Shown here: positions 18,609 through 27,230 of the stretch, piece after piece | Layout: every line of letters begins with the position of its first letter | How positions within the stretch are numbered: the first letter of the stretch is position 1 | Assembly (NCBI GenBank): GCA_964505155.1 | Contig: CAZDGL010000004.1 | Coordinates: 4,110 to 68,109 of the forward strand | Source of the DNA: an uncultured Candidatus Saccharibacteria bacterium | GTDB taxonomy: Bacteria > Patescibacteriota > Minisyncoccia > Phycocordibacterales > UBA9973 | Reading direction: 5' to 3' | Length of the DNA stretch: 64,000 bases | The notes under the pieces: model-generated | What the model saw: only the letters and a program-made list of their open reading frames with translations | Told to the model about the DNA's origin: nothing | Database searches by the model: none | Position numbers and translations under genes: made by a program

Positions 18609-19247
18609 ATGCCGGAAGGATATATCTTCAACCAGGATGATTTTGATCGGTTCACAAAAGTAATGCTTGCCATCGGCTTTACTCCTATCAAGTATAAAAA
18701 GGGTATGCAGGAAGGCTTTGAGTATTTCAACAATGGTCTGAGAATCAAGGTTTGGACTACTTTTGATCGTGATCAAGGACGAACCAGAGAAAAAGGTACT
18801 GGTAAAGTTATCACTTTTGAAAGCAATAGGTTTGTATATATGGGGACTTGTAAAAAAAGAACAAAGTTCTTTTTCGAAAACCTCTTTATATATGCTCTGG
18901 CAGCTAAACAAAGAGTCGACAATAGGCCTACTTCAAAATGTGGTAAGCTGATGAACATTTATCAGGGGGAAGTAAAGCAGAAAGAAGGTAGCGAGGAGAA
19001 AAACACTTCCAAGCGCCGTTGTTTCTGGATTTGTCCTATCAAGACCCATCGTCACAAAGATGGCTGTCCAGCAAAACCATGGTCTCTGGGTCTCTCCAAT
19101 GAAGTTCTCTCTATCATGGTCAAGAAATGGGATAAAGCTGAAGCTTATTACAACAAGCTTCGCGCAGAAGACAAAGAAGTCAATGTCTTTTTGAAGATCC
19201 GCAGGTCTTGGCAAGAGAAGTATGGAGAGTTTGAAAAAGCTGCGTAA
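18609..19247 (+). CDS. Hypothetical basic protein with possible Zn-ribbon; ends in KAA
   Basis: 212-aa ORF, SKCGKLM...FWICP..H...C; terminator directly after. Confidence 0.7.
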   Translation: MPEGYIFNQDDFDRFTKVMLAIGFTPIKYKKGMQEGFEYFNNGLRIKVWTTFDRDQGRTREKGTGKVITFESNRFVYMGTCKKRTKFFFENLFIYALAAKQRVDNRPTSKCGKLMNIYQGEVKQKEGSEEKNTSKRRCFWICPIKTHRHKDGCPAKPWSLGLSNEVLSIMVKKWDKAEAYYNKLRAEDKEVNVFLKIRRSWQEKYGEFEKAA

Positions 19248-19252
19248 GTCAT

Positions 19253-19277
19253 AAGCCCGTTATCACGGGCTTTTTTA
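19253..19277 (+). terminator. Intrinsic terminator
   Basis: AAGCCCGT-tatc-ACGGGCTT plus T tract. Confidence 0.8.
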
Positions 19278-19390
19278 TTTGGTTTTTAGGATTTATGGTG
19301 AGCTTGCCAAACTATTGACTTTTCAAGACGTTGGTGCTATAATATAAGTCGAAATAACCCATTTTGTTCAAAATCCTTTAAAAATTAGGT

Positions 19391-19792
19391 ATGAAAAATA
19401 TTGCTTCTTTAAACCTTGGTTTTTTGCAAAAACTTGCGATATACCAGGTATTGTTCGGAATCTCTGAGGCAACAAGAGTTGATGTTTATCTCAACAACTC
19501 TTCTATTGAGGAAGTGAAAAGCTTTTTTCACAAATCCGGCCTCTTTTTCCGTGAACTTCGTAAAAGTCGTTCTAAAAATCATGTCGCAGGTTTTGTAATA
19601 TCTTTCTCTCCAAATGCCATAGAGTCTTTTGTTGAGGCTTTGGTAAGGAAAGATCATCAAAAACTGCTGAGGTTGATTGGTCCGCAGTTTACAACTGACC
19701 TGGGCTTTGAATTTCTTAAGAAGGTTCGGGATATGCATAGAAATGCTCCTGCACTTTTTGCAGAAATACAGCTTGTAAGTATTGCTGCATAA
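19391..19792 (+). CDS. Hypothetical protein (ORFan); ends in IAA
   Basis: Own TTGACT-17-TATAAT promoter and a terminator after the stop. Confidence 0.7.
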   Translation: MKNIASLNLGFLQKLAIYQVLFGISEATRVDVYLNNSSIEEVKSFFHKSGLFFRELRKSRSKNHVAGFVISFSPNAIESFVEALVRKDHQKLLRLIGPQFTTDLGFEFLKKVRDMHRNAPALFAEIQLVSIAA

Positions 19793-19795
19793 AAT

Positions 19796-19830
19796 AAAGC
19801 GGTTTTGGTCATAGCCAAAACCGCTTTTTT
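19796..19830 (+). terminator. Intrinsic terminator
   Basis: AAAGCGGTTTTGG-6-CCAAAACCGCTTT plus T tract. Confidence 0.85.
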
Positions 19831-19909
19831 GTTTTTGAGGATATAAGATCAGCTATTGACTTTTTATATAAAGCCTGACACAATAAATCCAAACTTAAAA
19901 CCCATTTTT

Positions 19910-20113
19910 ATGTTAACTACCAAAACCATTATTTTGGCTGCCACAGTTACAGCCAAAGGCTTCAATGCGCACCTCACAGAAAAAAGGCTTGTCGAGATCA
20001 AAACCACAGAAATGATTTTCAACAATGGAAAGACCATTCCGCAAAGTCCTGAAGGTGTTAATCTGAGAAAGCCTAACCGTAACCAGGTACTGTACGGGAA
20101 ACAGACCAGGTAA
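19910..20113 (+). CDS. Small hypothetical protein (ORFan)
   Basis: TTGACT promoter at 19856, ATG 19910, hairpin CAGGTATG...CATACCTG downstream. Confidence 0.55.
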   Translation: MLTTKTIILAATVTAKGFNAHLTEKRLVEIKTTEMIFNNGKTIPQSPEGVNLRKPNRNQVLYGKQTR

Positions 20114-20235
20114 AACATTTTTGCAGGTATGTCACAGCTTTGTGTCATACCTGTTTTGTTTTTTGGATTTTTTCTCTTGATTTGAGAATGCTAAGTGATT
20201 GTAAAAAGTTTGTAGTTATGGCAGTATAGATACAT

Positions 20236-20487
20236 ATGACACACGAACAATCATTCCAAAACGAACATTCACCAGCTTTTGAAGAAGCTCTAGCTGCTAT
20301 CTCAGCTGTTAACGCAGAACTTATCAGTTTCCAAGCTAGCGAGCAGGCTTTTGGTGAACTTGGCGCCCTCAAAGATCGTCTAGAAGCAGGCGAGTCAGCA
20401 CAAATCATAATGAAAGAGGCAGAAGACCTTCGCGATCTGGCACAGCAAGCCCACGAGTCCAAAGACAGTCTAGATATAGCTGCGTAA
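20236..20487 (+). CDS. Small acidic helical hypothetical protein; ends in IAA
   Basis: 83-aa ORF followed by AACGCCGGAT/ATCCGGCGTT terminator. Confidence 0.7.
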   Translation: MTHEQSFQNEHSPAFEEALAAISAVNAELISFQASEQAFGELGALKDRLEAGESAQIIMKEAEDLRDLAQQAHESKDSLDIAA

Positions 20488-20519
20488 AATAAAACAACGC
20501 CGGATAATCCGGCGTTTTT

Positions 20520-21009
20520 GTTTGTAAAAACCCTCAAAATGTGGGATTATCTTTTTATGGAACAAGACCCATCAAAACCAAAGATTGAAGTAACAGAAAT
20601 ACAAGAAGAGATGAAAAGTGCTGATAAAACAATCTCTGATATAGAGAAACAATTAAATTCTCTGATGGACGATCTAGAACACAATGCCAATCTCTTGGAA
20701 ACAAAGATATTATTTGCTGAAATTGAGGATTCAAATAAAGATTTTCAAGATGTTGGGGCTAGCTATTCACCAGAAAAAGCTGAAGAATTGAAACAAGATA
20801 TTATTAAGTCTTTGGCTACTATACATATTTTGCAAGAACAAATAATGAAATTACATAGTGACAGGGAAGATGTGGAAAATATCAAATTACGCCTCCAAAC
20901 TCTACAAGAAGACTACAAAAAACAGCTAGTTAGTATATCCGAAGGACAGCAAAATTAGAGCCCAAAACCATCTTTAAAATAGTTTGTAAAAACCCTCAAA
21001 ATGTGGGAT
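20520..21009 (+). repeat. 28-bp perfect direct repeat (a promoter) flanking one gene
   Basis: GTTTGTAAAAACCCTCAAAATGTGGGAT at 20520-20547 and 20982-21009. Confidence 0.9.
20557..20958 (+). CDS. Acidic coiled-coil hypothetical protein
   Basis: Heptad-rich E/K/Q/L sequence; start at ATG 20557. Confidence 0.7.
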   Translation: MEQDPSKPKIEVTEIQEEMKSADKTISDIEKQLNSLMDDLEHNANLLETKILFAEIEDSNKDFQDVGASYSPEKAEELKQDIIKSLATIHILQEQIMKLHSDREDVENIKLRLQTLQEDYKKQLVSISEGQQN

Positions 21010-21020
21010 AGTTGTGTTGT

Positions 21021-21368
21021 ATGAAGGACTCAGAGAGGTTTGAATCTCTTGTAGCTCGAATAAAAAAATTTTCTGATGACCGAGATTGGTCTCAATTTCA
21101 TGATCCTAAAAATCTTGCTATTTCTCTAAATCTTGAAGCAACTGAAGTTCTAGAGCTTTATCAGTGGACAAAAGATAATCAACTTAAACCGGAACGGGCT
21201 GGGAAAATAAATGAAGAGCTTGCCGATGTGTTTTATTGGCTCATCCTCCTTTCAAATTATTACAGTATTGATATTGTTGAAGCTCTTGATAAAAAAATGG
21301 ATCAAAATGAAGAAAAATATCCAGTAGAAAAAGCAAAAGGAAAATCAGATAAATATAATGAACTCTAA
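21021..21368 (+). CDS. MazG-like nucleotide pyrophosphohydrolase (dCTPP1-like)
   Basis: RDWSQFHDPKNLAISLNLEATEVLELYQW, EELADV, KYPVEK. Confidence 0.92.
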   Translation: MKDSERFESLVARIKKFSDDRDWSQFHDPKNLAISLNLEATEVLELYQWTKDNQLKPERAGKINEELADVFYWLILLSNYYSIDIVEALDKKMDQNEEKYPVEKAKGKSDKYNEL

Positions 21369-23390
21369 ATGTCTGACATAAAAACATTTCCATTTAAAAA
21401 AGACTCTTTTGACCAAATAAAGAAATATAAATTTGGTAAAAATTGGCCAGTTGTTTATGTTCTTGAAGATAAGAAGGAGATTTATATTGGTCAAACAGTC
21501 AATGTGCATGCTAGAAGTAAACAGCACTATGAAAACCCAGAACGAGCAAAACTAAAACAAATTCATATTATTACAGATGAAGAGTTTAATATTTCAGCTG
21601 CTTTTGACATTGAAGCATGGTTAATACAGTATATTTCAGCTGATGAAAAATTTGTTTTACAAAATAGTAATGGTGGTTTAAAAAATCATAACTATTACGA
21701 CAAAGCAAAATACAAAGCAAAATTTGAAATTGCTTGGGATAACTTGCGACAAATGGGTATTGTAAAAAACACCTTAGAAGACCTTAAAAATAGTGACTTA
21801 TTTAAGTATTCTCCTTATAAGTCTTTAACAGAAGACCAATTCACAATATCTAGGCAAATCTTCAAAGATATAAAGAGAAATGAAGTTAATACTTTTATAG
21901 TAAATGGTAAACCAGGTACAGGAAAGACAATCTTAGCCACATATCTTTTTAAGTACTTGAAAGAGCAAGACGAAACAAAAAATATGAATATTGGCCTTGT
22001 TGTACCAATGGCGTCACTTCGAAAAACAATAGCTAGAGTCTTTTCAAAAATAAAAGGCTTAAAATCAAACATGGTTATTGGGCCAAATGATGTTGTAAAA
22101 GACACATATGATTTGCTGATAGTTGATGAATCCCATAGATTGCAAAGACGAAAGGGTATTATGGGTTATGGTGCATATGACAATGTAAATCGTGGGCTTG
22201 GCTTAGGTAATGAAGGCACACAACTTGATTGGATTATGAAGTCATCTAAGCACCAAATATTTTTCTATGATGAAAATCAAAGTGTAAAACCTGCCGACAT
22301 TAGGCCTGAGGATTTTAAAAAACTTAATTCTAAAAAATACGAATTAGTTTCGCAAATGCGCGTTGAGGCTGGTGAAGAATATATTAAATTCATCGAAGAT
22401 TTTTTTGATTTAAAAACTCTAAAAAATACAAATTTTTCAAATTATGATTTTAAAATATTTGATAATGCTAAAAAAATGGTAAACGAAATTAAAGAAAAAG
22501 ATAAAAAGCACAAACTTGCTCGTGTGGTTGCTGGATATGCTTGGCCTTGGCATACAGCACATGGTACCCGTGACTATGATATAGAAATAGGCGATTTAAA
22601 ACTTGTTTGGAACTCTACAGCCCAAGATTGGGTAAATTCGCCAAATGCTATAAATGAAGTTGGTTGTATTCACACTGTGCAGGGTTATGATTTGAATTAT
22701 GTTGGTGTAATTATTGGTCCCGAATTTTCATATGATATAGAAAATAGAAAATTCAAAGTTGATAAGGAAAAATATTTTGACACAAATGGCCGTAATGGTA
22801 TTACTGATCCAAATGAATTAGAAAGATACATAATAAACATTTATAAAACACTACTCACTCGAGGGATAAAAGGCACTTATGTTTATGTTGTCGATGAAAA
22901 TTTAAGAAATTATTTAAACCAAGTTGTAAATAAAACCCTGATCTCAGTTCAAAAAGAAAACACACCAAAAAGTATAAACTCGCCATATATTGGCGAAATG
23001 ATAGGTATTCCACTCGTTGGATCAGCACCATGTGGAGAGCCACTTTTGGGAGAAAGTAATATTGAGGAAATAATACAAGTCGAAAAAAATAAAATTAAAC
23101 CCGGGACAAAATATTTTATTGTTAGAGCTAGTGGAGATTCCATGAATAAAGCCGGGATAGATGACGGTGACCTTGTTCTTTGTCGGTATGCTGAAAAAGG
23201 GGAAACTGGTGACAGAGTTGTTGCACTGCTTGGTGGTGAAAATGTAACAATAAAATATTATGACAAAAAAGATGGGCGTAGAATTTTGTTACCTAAAAGT
23301 ACTAATCCTAATCACCAACCAATCACTCCAGAAGAAGGAGACGTGGTTCAAGGTATTGTCCAAGAGGTAATAAAAATATCAGAAAATTAA
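21369..23390 (+). CDS. GIY-YIG + DUF2075 (Schlafen group 3-like helicase) + S24 LexA-like peptidase fusion
   Basis: WPVVY..IYIGQT (GIY-YIG); GKPGTGKT, VDESHRL, SQMRV, GCIHTVQGYDLNY, LLTRG (DUF2075); PLVGSAPCGEP, GDSM, DGDLV, TIK (S24). Confidence 0.88.
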   Translation: MSDIKTFPFKKDSFDQIKKYKFGKNWPVVYVLEDKKEIYIGQTVNVHARSKQHYENPERAKLKQIHIITDEEFNISAAFDIEAWLIQYISADEKFVLQNSNGGLKNHNYYDKAKYKAKFEIAWDNLRQMGIVKNTLEDLKNSDLFKYSPYKSLTEDQFTISRQIFKDIKRNEVNTFIVNGKPGTGKTILATYLFKYLKEQDETKNMNIGLVVPMASLRKTIARVFSKIKGLKSNMVIGPNDVVKDTYDLLIVDESHRLQRRKGIMGYGAYDNVNRGLGLGNEGTQLDWIMKSSKHQIFFYDENQSVKPADIRPEDFKKLNSKKYELVSQMRVEAGEEYIKFIEDFFDLKTLKNTNFSNYDFKIFDNAKKMVNEIKEKDKKHKLARVVAGYAWPWHTAHGTRDYDIEIGDLKLVWNSTAQDWVNSPNAINEVGCIHTVQGYDLNYVGVIIGPEFSYDIENRKFKVDKEKYFDTNGRNGITDPNELERYIINIYKTLLTRGIKGTYVYVVDENLRNYLNQVVNKTLISVQKENTPKSINSPYIGEMIGIPLVGSAPCGEPLLGESNIEEIIQVEKNKIKPGTKYFIVRASGDSMNKAGIDDGDLVLCRYAEKGETGDRVVALLGGENVTIKYYDKKDGRRILLPKSTNPNHQPITPEEGDVVQGIVQEVIKISEN

Positions 23391-23431
23391 TTTATTAAAC
23401 AAAAAAGAACTTTACAGTTCTCTTTCCACTT

Positions 23432-23599
23432 TTATTTTTCTTTACGAACTCCTTTGAAAGGTTTGCCGTCTTCTTTTACGTCCATAAAACGACCGCCCGG
23501 TCCTCGTTTGACCCATTCGTCTGTTTTAGGATTAAAAACTTGCGTTCTGTCTTTTACTGCTCCTATGCGTCCGGAGCCCTTAGGGGGATTTTTTGCCAT
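23432..23599 (-). CDS. Small basic hypothetical protein (55 aa)
   Basis: Manual translation MAKNPPKGSGRIGAVKDRTQVFNPKTDEWVKRGPGGRFMDVKEDGKPFKGVRKEK; below the ORF-track cutoff. Confidence 0.8.
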   Translation of the reverse strand: MAKNPPKGSGRIGAVKDRTQVFNPKTDEWVKRGPGGRFMDVKEDGKPFKGVRKEK

Positions 23600-23728
23600 A
23601 GTTTTTAATAAATTATTTTATCGCTTCGACTAAGTCGATACTCTGAGTGTATTCCTGAAAATAAGTAGTGTCAAATTATCCACACACTAGATGTTGCATT
23701 ATTAGAACACTCGTTTTATAATAGAGGC

Positions 23729-24415
23729 ATGATTAATGATTATGTCAAATTTATCAAGACCCTTCGAGAAAAGAAGGGTATTTCACAGCTTCAGATCGCA
23801 AAACAGCTAGGCATTTCTCGTGCTTCGTATATTGCTATAGAGCAAGGGAAGCGAGAAATAACACTAGGGGAGCTAGAAAGGCTAGCAGAAATTCTCGGTG
23901 TTTCTATTCAAGACATCAAGCATGGCGAGATTCCAAAATATACAAAATACAAGCAGATGATCCATGCTTTTTTGCGGTTAAATACTAGCTTGCCAAAAAC
24001 AAAGCTCGCAAAGCTACTCTATTTCGCTGACTTTGCTTGGTATTACAAACACCTCGAGAGTATGAGTGGTATGCAGTATCGCAAAATTCAGTATGGACCA
24101 GTGGCTGATACGTATTTTCGTTTGATTGATGAAATGTTTGACGGCGGAGAGATCGTCATAGAAAAGAAGTCTACCCAAACAGGAAATGAAGCAATGCTTA
24201 TCTCAGAGACTCGTGCAGGAGCAAAGGGGGGCTTGTCAGATTTATCAAAAAGTGAGCTTTCTTTGATTCAAGATATAAACAAAAAATGGAAAGATAAGCC
24301 GACTAAAGATATTGTAAGTTTTACTCACAAGCAAATGCCTTATATCTTTGCAGAAGACAATGATATTGTCTCGTATGAGGTATTTGGTCAAGAAAATCCA
24401 GAAGATATTTATTAA
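23729..24415 (+). CDS. XRE-HTH + Panacea (DUF4065/SocA) antitoxin
   Basis: N-terminal HTH (ISQLQIAKQLGISRASYIAIEQG); KTKLAKLLYFADF, YGPV, THKQMPY. Confidence 0.88.
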   Translation: MINDYVKFIKTLREKKGISQLQIAKQLGISRASYIAIEQGKREITLGELERLAEILGVSIQDIKHGEIPKYTKYKQMIHAFLRLNTSLPKTKLAKLLYFADFAWYYKHLESMSGMQYRKIQYGPVADTYFRLIDEMFDGGEIVIEKKSTQTGNEAMLISETRAGAKGGLSDLSKSELSLIQDINKKWKDKPTKDIVSFTHKQMPYIFAEDNDIVSYEVFGQENPEDIY

Positions 24416-24418
24416 ACT

Positions 24419-24814
24419 ATGAAGTACTCGGTTATATTTGAGCCGTTTACAGATCGGCATTATATAAAAGGATTTGAAAAGAAATATAAAAATGCTTGGG
24501 ACAAGACCCTCAAGTCATTGTACATAGAGTTTACTTTTGCAGAGTTACTTTTTGAAAAGAGCATTGCTGAGACAATATCTAGATCAAGTGATAATACTGT
24601 AAGGATTTGTAAGACTGAATTTAAAATATTGGGGACTGAAAAATCTCGTCATTCTTCAGGAAATAGATGCATTATTGCCATAGATCAAAATATTGGGGTA
24701 GTACGGGTGCTTCTTGTTTATGCAAAAACAGATGTATCTACCTCAGGGAATGAAACCGAGTGGTGGAAAAAAGTTGTAAAGGAAAATTATCCAGAGTATA
24801 AAGAAATCTTATAA
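24419..24814 (+). CDS. Putative RelE/HigB-like toxin
   Basis: Directly follows the antitoxin; KSRHSSGNRCII...VLLVYAKTD resembles the RelE/HigB C-terminal motif. Confidence 0.6.
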   Translation: MKYSVIFEPFTDRHYIKGFEKKYKNAWDKTLKSLYIEFTFAELLFEKSIAETISRSSDNTVRICKTEFKILGTEKSRHSSGNRCIIAIDQNIGVVRVLLVYAKTDVSTSGNETEWWKKVVKENYPEYKEIL

Positions 24815-24944
24815 AATTTAATTTTATGACCCAAGACGAAATATTTAAAAAGGAAATGGCGATAGCTGAGGAAATATTAGATAAAAAATAAACCCCTGTA
24901 GAAACAGGGGTCGTTGTTGTATTCTAATCGTGAAAAAAGTGACT

Positions 24945-25319
24945 TTATGCGGGCGATCCTTGTCTCACTCTATCGTAGATAGTCACGTAGTTTTCAGGTA
25001 AGGCCCTCGAAGATACTGTGAGTTCATTGAAATCAATGGCAATCTCTTTTGGTGTGCTCAGGATATGAGAGTAGTCAAAGTGCTCTCTGATAAAGATCTC
25101 TTTGAGCCATTTTGGTGGGTGTTGGTCGAGCCGCAAATGAAACGAGGTTCTTTTTTTGAAGCCGTCACTTTGCTCGATATGTTGGCTGATGCCAGAGATG
25201 ACACCTTCCAAAATATCTTGCTGGGCTTTGTTTTCAAACCATTTACTAAGCTGTTGTTCAGCTACTTCCAGCATTTTAGCCAGCACTTCAGTTCTTTTAC
25301 TTTTTCTTGTGAGGAACAT
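24945..25319 (-). CDS. Hypothetical protein (ORFan)
   Basis: Own TTGACA promoter; converges on a hairpin at 24891-24911. Confidence 0.6.
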   Translation of the reverse strand: MFLTRKSKRTEVLAKMLEVAEQQLSKWFENKAQQDILEGVISGISQHIEQSDGFKKRTSFHLRLDQHPPKWLKEIFIREHFDYSHILSTPKEIAIDFNELTVSSRALPENYVTIYDRVRQGSPA

Positions 25320-25429
25320 AGGTTTTGATTTTGTTTTGCCATGATAATAACCTAGTATTCATATTTTGTCAAAGTTAAGTGGCTTTGATCAGGTAGTAAG
25401 TATTTGAGCTTCTGTTATACTGAGCATTC

Positions 25430-26581
25430 ATGAAAACAAAGATTTTGCTCCTCACTACTATCTTTATAGACGTCATTGGTCTTGGGATTATCATCCCAGT
25501 ACTGCCTTTTTATGTCCAAGGCTTTGGGGTCTCTGATACCGTGGTGACTATACTTTTTGCTATATACGCACTGCTTTCGTTTCTTTCGGCACCACTTCTC
25601 GGATCGCTCTCTGATCGCATCGGTCGGCGTCCGATACTTGTGATCAGTATTGCTAGTAGTGCCATAGGCTGGCTCGTCTTTGCTTCAGCTAAAAGCATCG
25701 GTTTGCTTTTTCTTGGGAGGATCATCGATGGACTTGCTGCGGGGAATATCACCAGTGCCCAAAGCGCGCTCGCTGATATCGCCAAGACTGATAAAGAGCG
25801 CACGGTCAATATGGGTCTCTTTGGAGCGCTCTTTGGTATAGGATTTATCGTGGGTCCAGCGATAGGTGGAGCGCTCTCGCATATTAGTACCACCGCACCG
25901 TTTTATTTTGTTGGGATATTGGCGACACTGAACGCTATCTTTGCATTCTTTTTCCTTCCAGAAACACACAAAACAAAACAAGCTGACAAAAAGATTTCAT
26001 ACAATCCTTTTATTCCTATCCGTGATGGATTGGCTCTTCCTGAGATGCGCAAAATATTTGCGACATGGTTTATCTTTGGTATTGCGCTTTCACTTCAACA
26101 AAGTAGCTTCTCGCTTTATCTTGCAAATGCTTTTGGTATGAATGCTTCTACTATCGGCTTGATGTTTGGAGGTATAGGAATCCTGATCTTGATCAACCAG
26201 CTTGTTTTGCTTAGAAAAGTTTGGTTTAAGCTTGGTACTCCTAGGGCTATTGGTCAGATCATGTTTGTTGTCTTTGGTGTAGGGATGATACTTCAGGCTG
26301 TACCTTTTGGCTTGGCTTTGATTGTCGGACTTGTCGCTACGACTCTTAGTCAAGGAACTCTCAGGGCTATTTATGGCGGACTGATAGCTAGTGCTTCTCC
26401 AGAAAAGCGGGGAGAGTATATCGGGATTTCTTCTTCACTTATGTCTCTTTCGATGGTGTTGGGGCCAATGATTGCTACATTTTTTGTAGCGCGTCATCCA
26501 GGACTTTCTTTTGTGATTGCGGGAATACTCGGTTTTGTTGCTTACTCGATCAACATCAACTGGAAGAAATATTGCACATAA
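25430..26581 (+). CDS. MFS transporter, DHA1/TetA-like
   Basis: Motif A GSLSDRIGRRP, GRIIDG, GFIVGPAIGG; 12 TM. Confidence 0.92.
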   Translation: MKTKILLLTTIFIDVIGLGIIIPVLPFYVQGFGVSDTVVTILFAIYALLSFLSAPLLGSLSDRIGRRPILVISIASSAIGWLVFASAKSIGLLFLGRIIDGLAAGNITSAQSALADIAKTDKERTVNMGLFGALFGIGFIVGPAIGGALSHISTTAPFYFVGILATLNAIFAFFFLPETHKTKQADKKISYNPFIPIRDGLALPEMRKIFATWFIFGIALSLQQSSFSLYLANAFGMNASTIGLMFGGIGILILINQLVLLRKVWFKLGTPRAIGQIMFVVFGVGMILQAVPFGLALIVGLVATTLSQGTLRAIYGGLIASASPEKRGEYIGISSSLMSLSMVLGPMIATFFVARHPGLSFVIAGILGFVAYSININWKKYCT

Positions 26582-26614
26582 ATATAGCTTACTCTTTGGT
26601 GCTATACTTCTACT

Positions 26615-27013
26615 ATGAACAATTACACCAACTATAGTGAACTCGTCAAACCATCATGGGCACCACCATCATGGATCTTTGGTCCAGTCTGGAGTGTACT
26701 TTATCTACTGATCGCTATATCTTTTGGATCAGTTGTCAAAATGTTTTTTGAAAAGAAAGTGCCTTTTGTAGTTTTGTTGCCATTTTTGCTCAACATTGTT
26801 TTCAATGCTCTCTTTACTTGGATACAGTTTGGGCTCAAAAACCTTCCTTTGGCTAGCATCGATATATTGCTTGTCCTCGGGACACTTATTTGGGCGATGA
26901 TTGCGATATACCCTTATGCCAAGTGGATAACATGGATGCAGATTCCTTATGTTTTGTGGGTCTCATTTGCGACAGTAGTGCAAATAACTATTACATATTT
27001 AAATACTAAATAA
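26615..27013 (+). CDS. TspO/MBR family tryptophan-rich sensory protein
   Basis: KPSWAPPSWIFGPVWSVLY, PYVLWVSFA. Confidence 0.92.
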   Translation: MNNYTNYSELVKPSWAPPSWIFGPVWSVLYLLIAISFGSVVKMFFEKKVPFVVLLPFLLNIVFNALFTWIQFGLKNLPLASIDILLVLGTLIWAMIAIYPYAKWITWMQIPYVLWVSFATVVQITITYLNTK

Positions 27014-27222
27014 TGTTGATAAAAGTAAAAGTATTTCCTGAGAGCGGGGAAGATAGGATAGAAAAGATAGATGATGAAAACTATCGAGTGTTTGTAAAGG
27101 CTAGTGCTCAAAACGGCCATGCCAACAAAGTCGTGACTTACTTACTTTCAAAGTATTTTGGCAAAAGTGTAAAAATGGCTTCCGGAGGTACTCGCCCCAA
27201 CAAGATATTTGAAGTGTTATAA
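27013..27222 (+). CDS. DUF167 (YggU-like) protein
   Basis: IKVKVFP...VKASAQNGHAN...SGGTRPNKIF. Confidence 0.85.
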   Translation: MLIKVKVFPESGEDRIEKIDDENYRVFVKASAQNGHANKVVTYLLSKYFGKSVKMASGGTRPNKIFEVL

Positions 27223-27230
27223 TCATTTCT

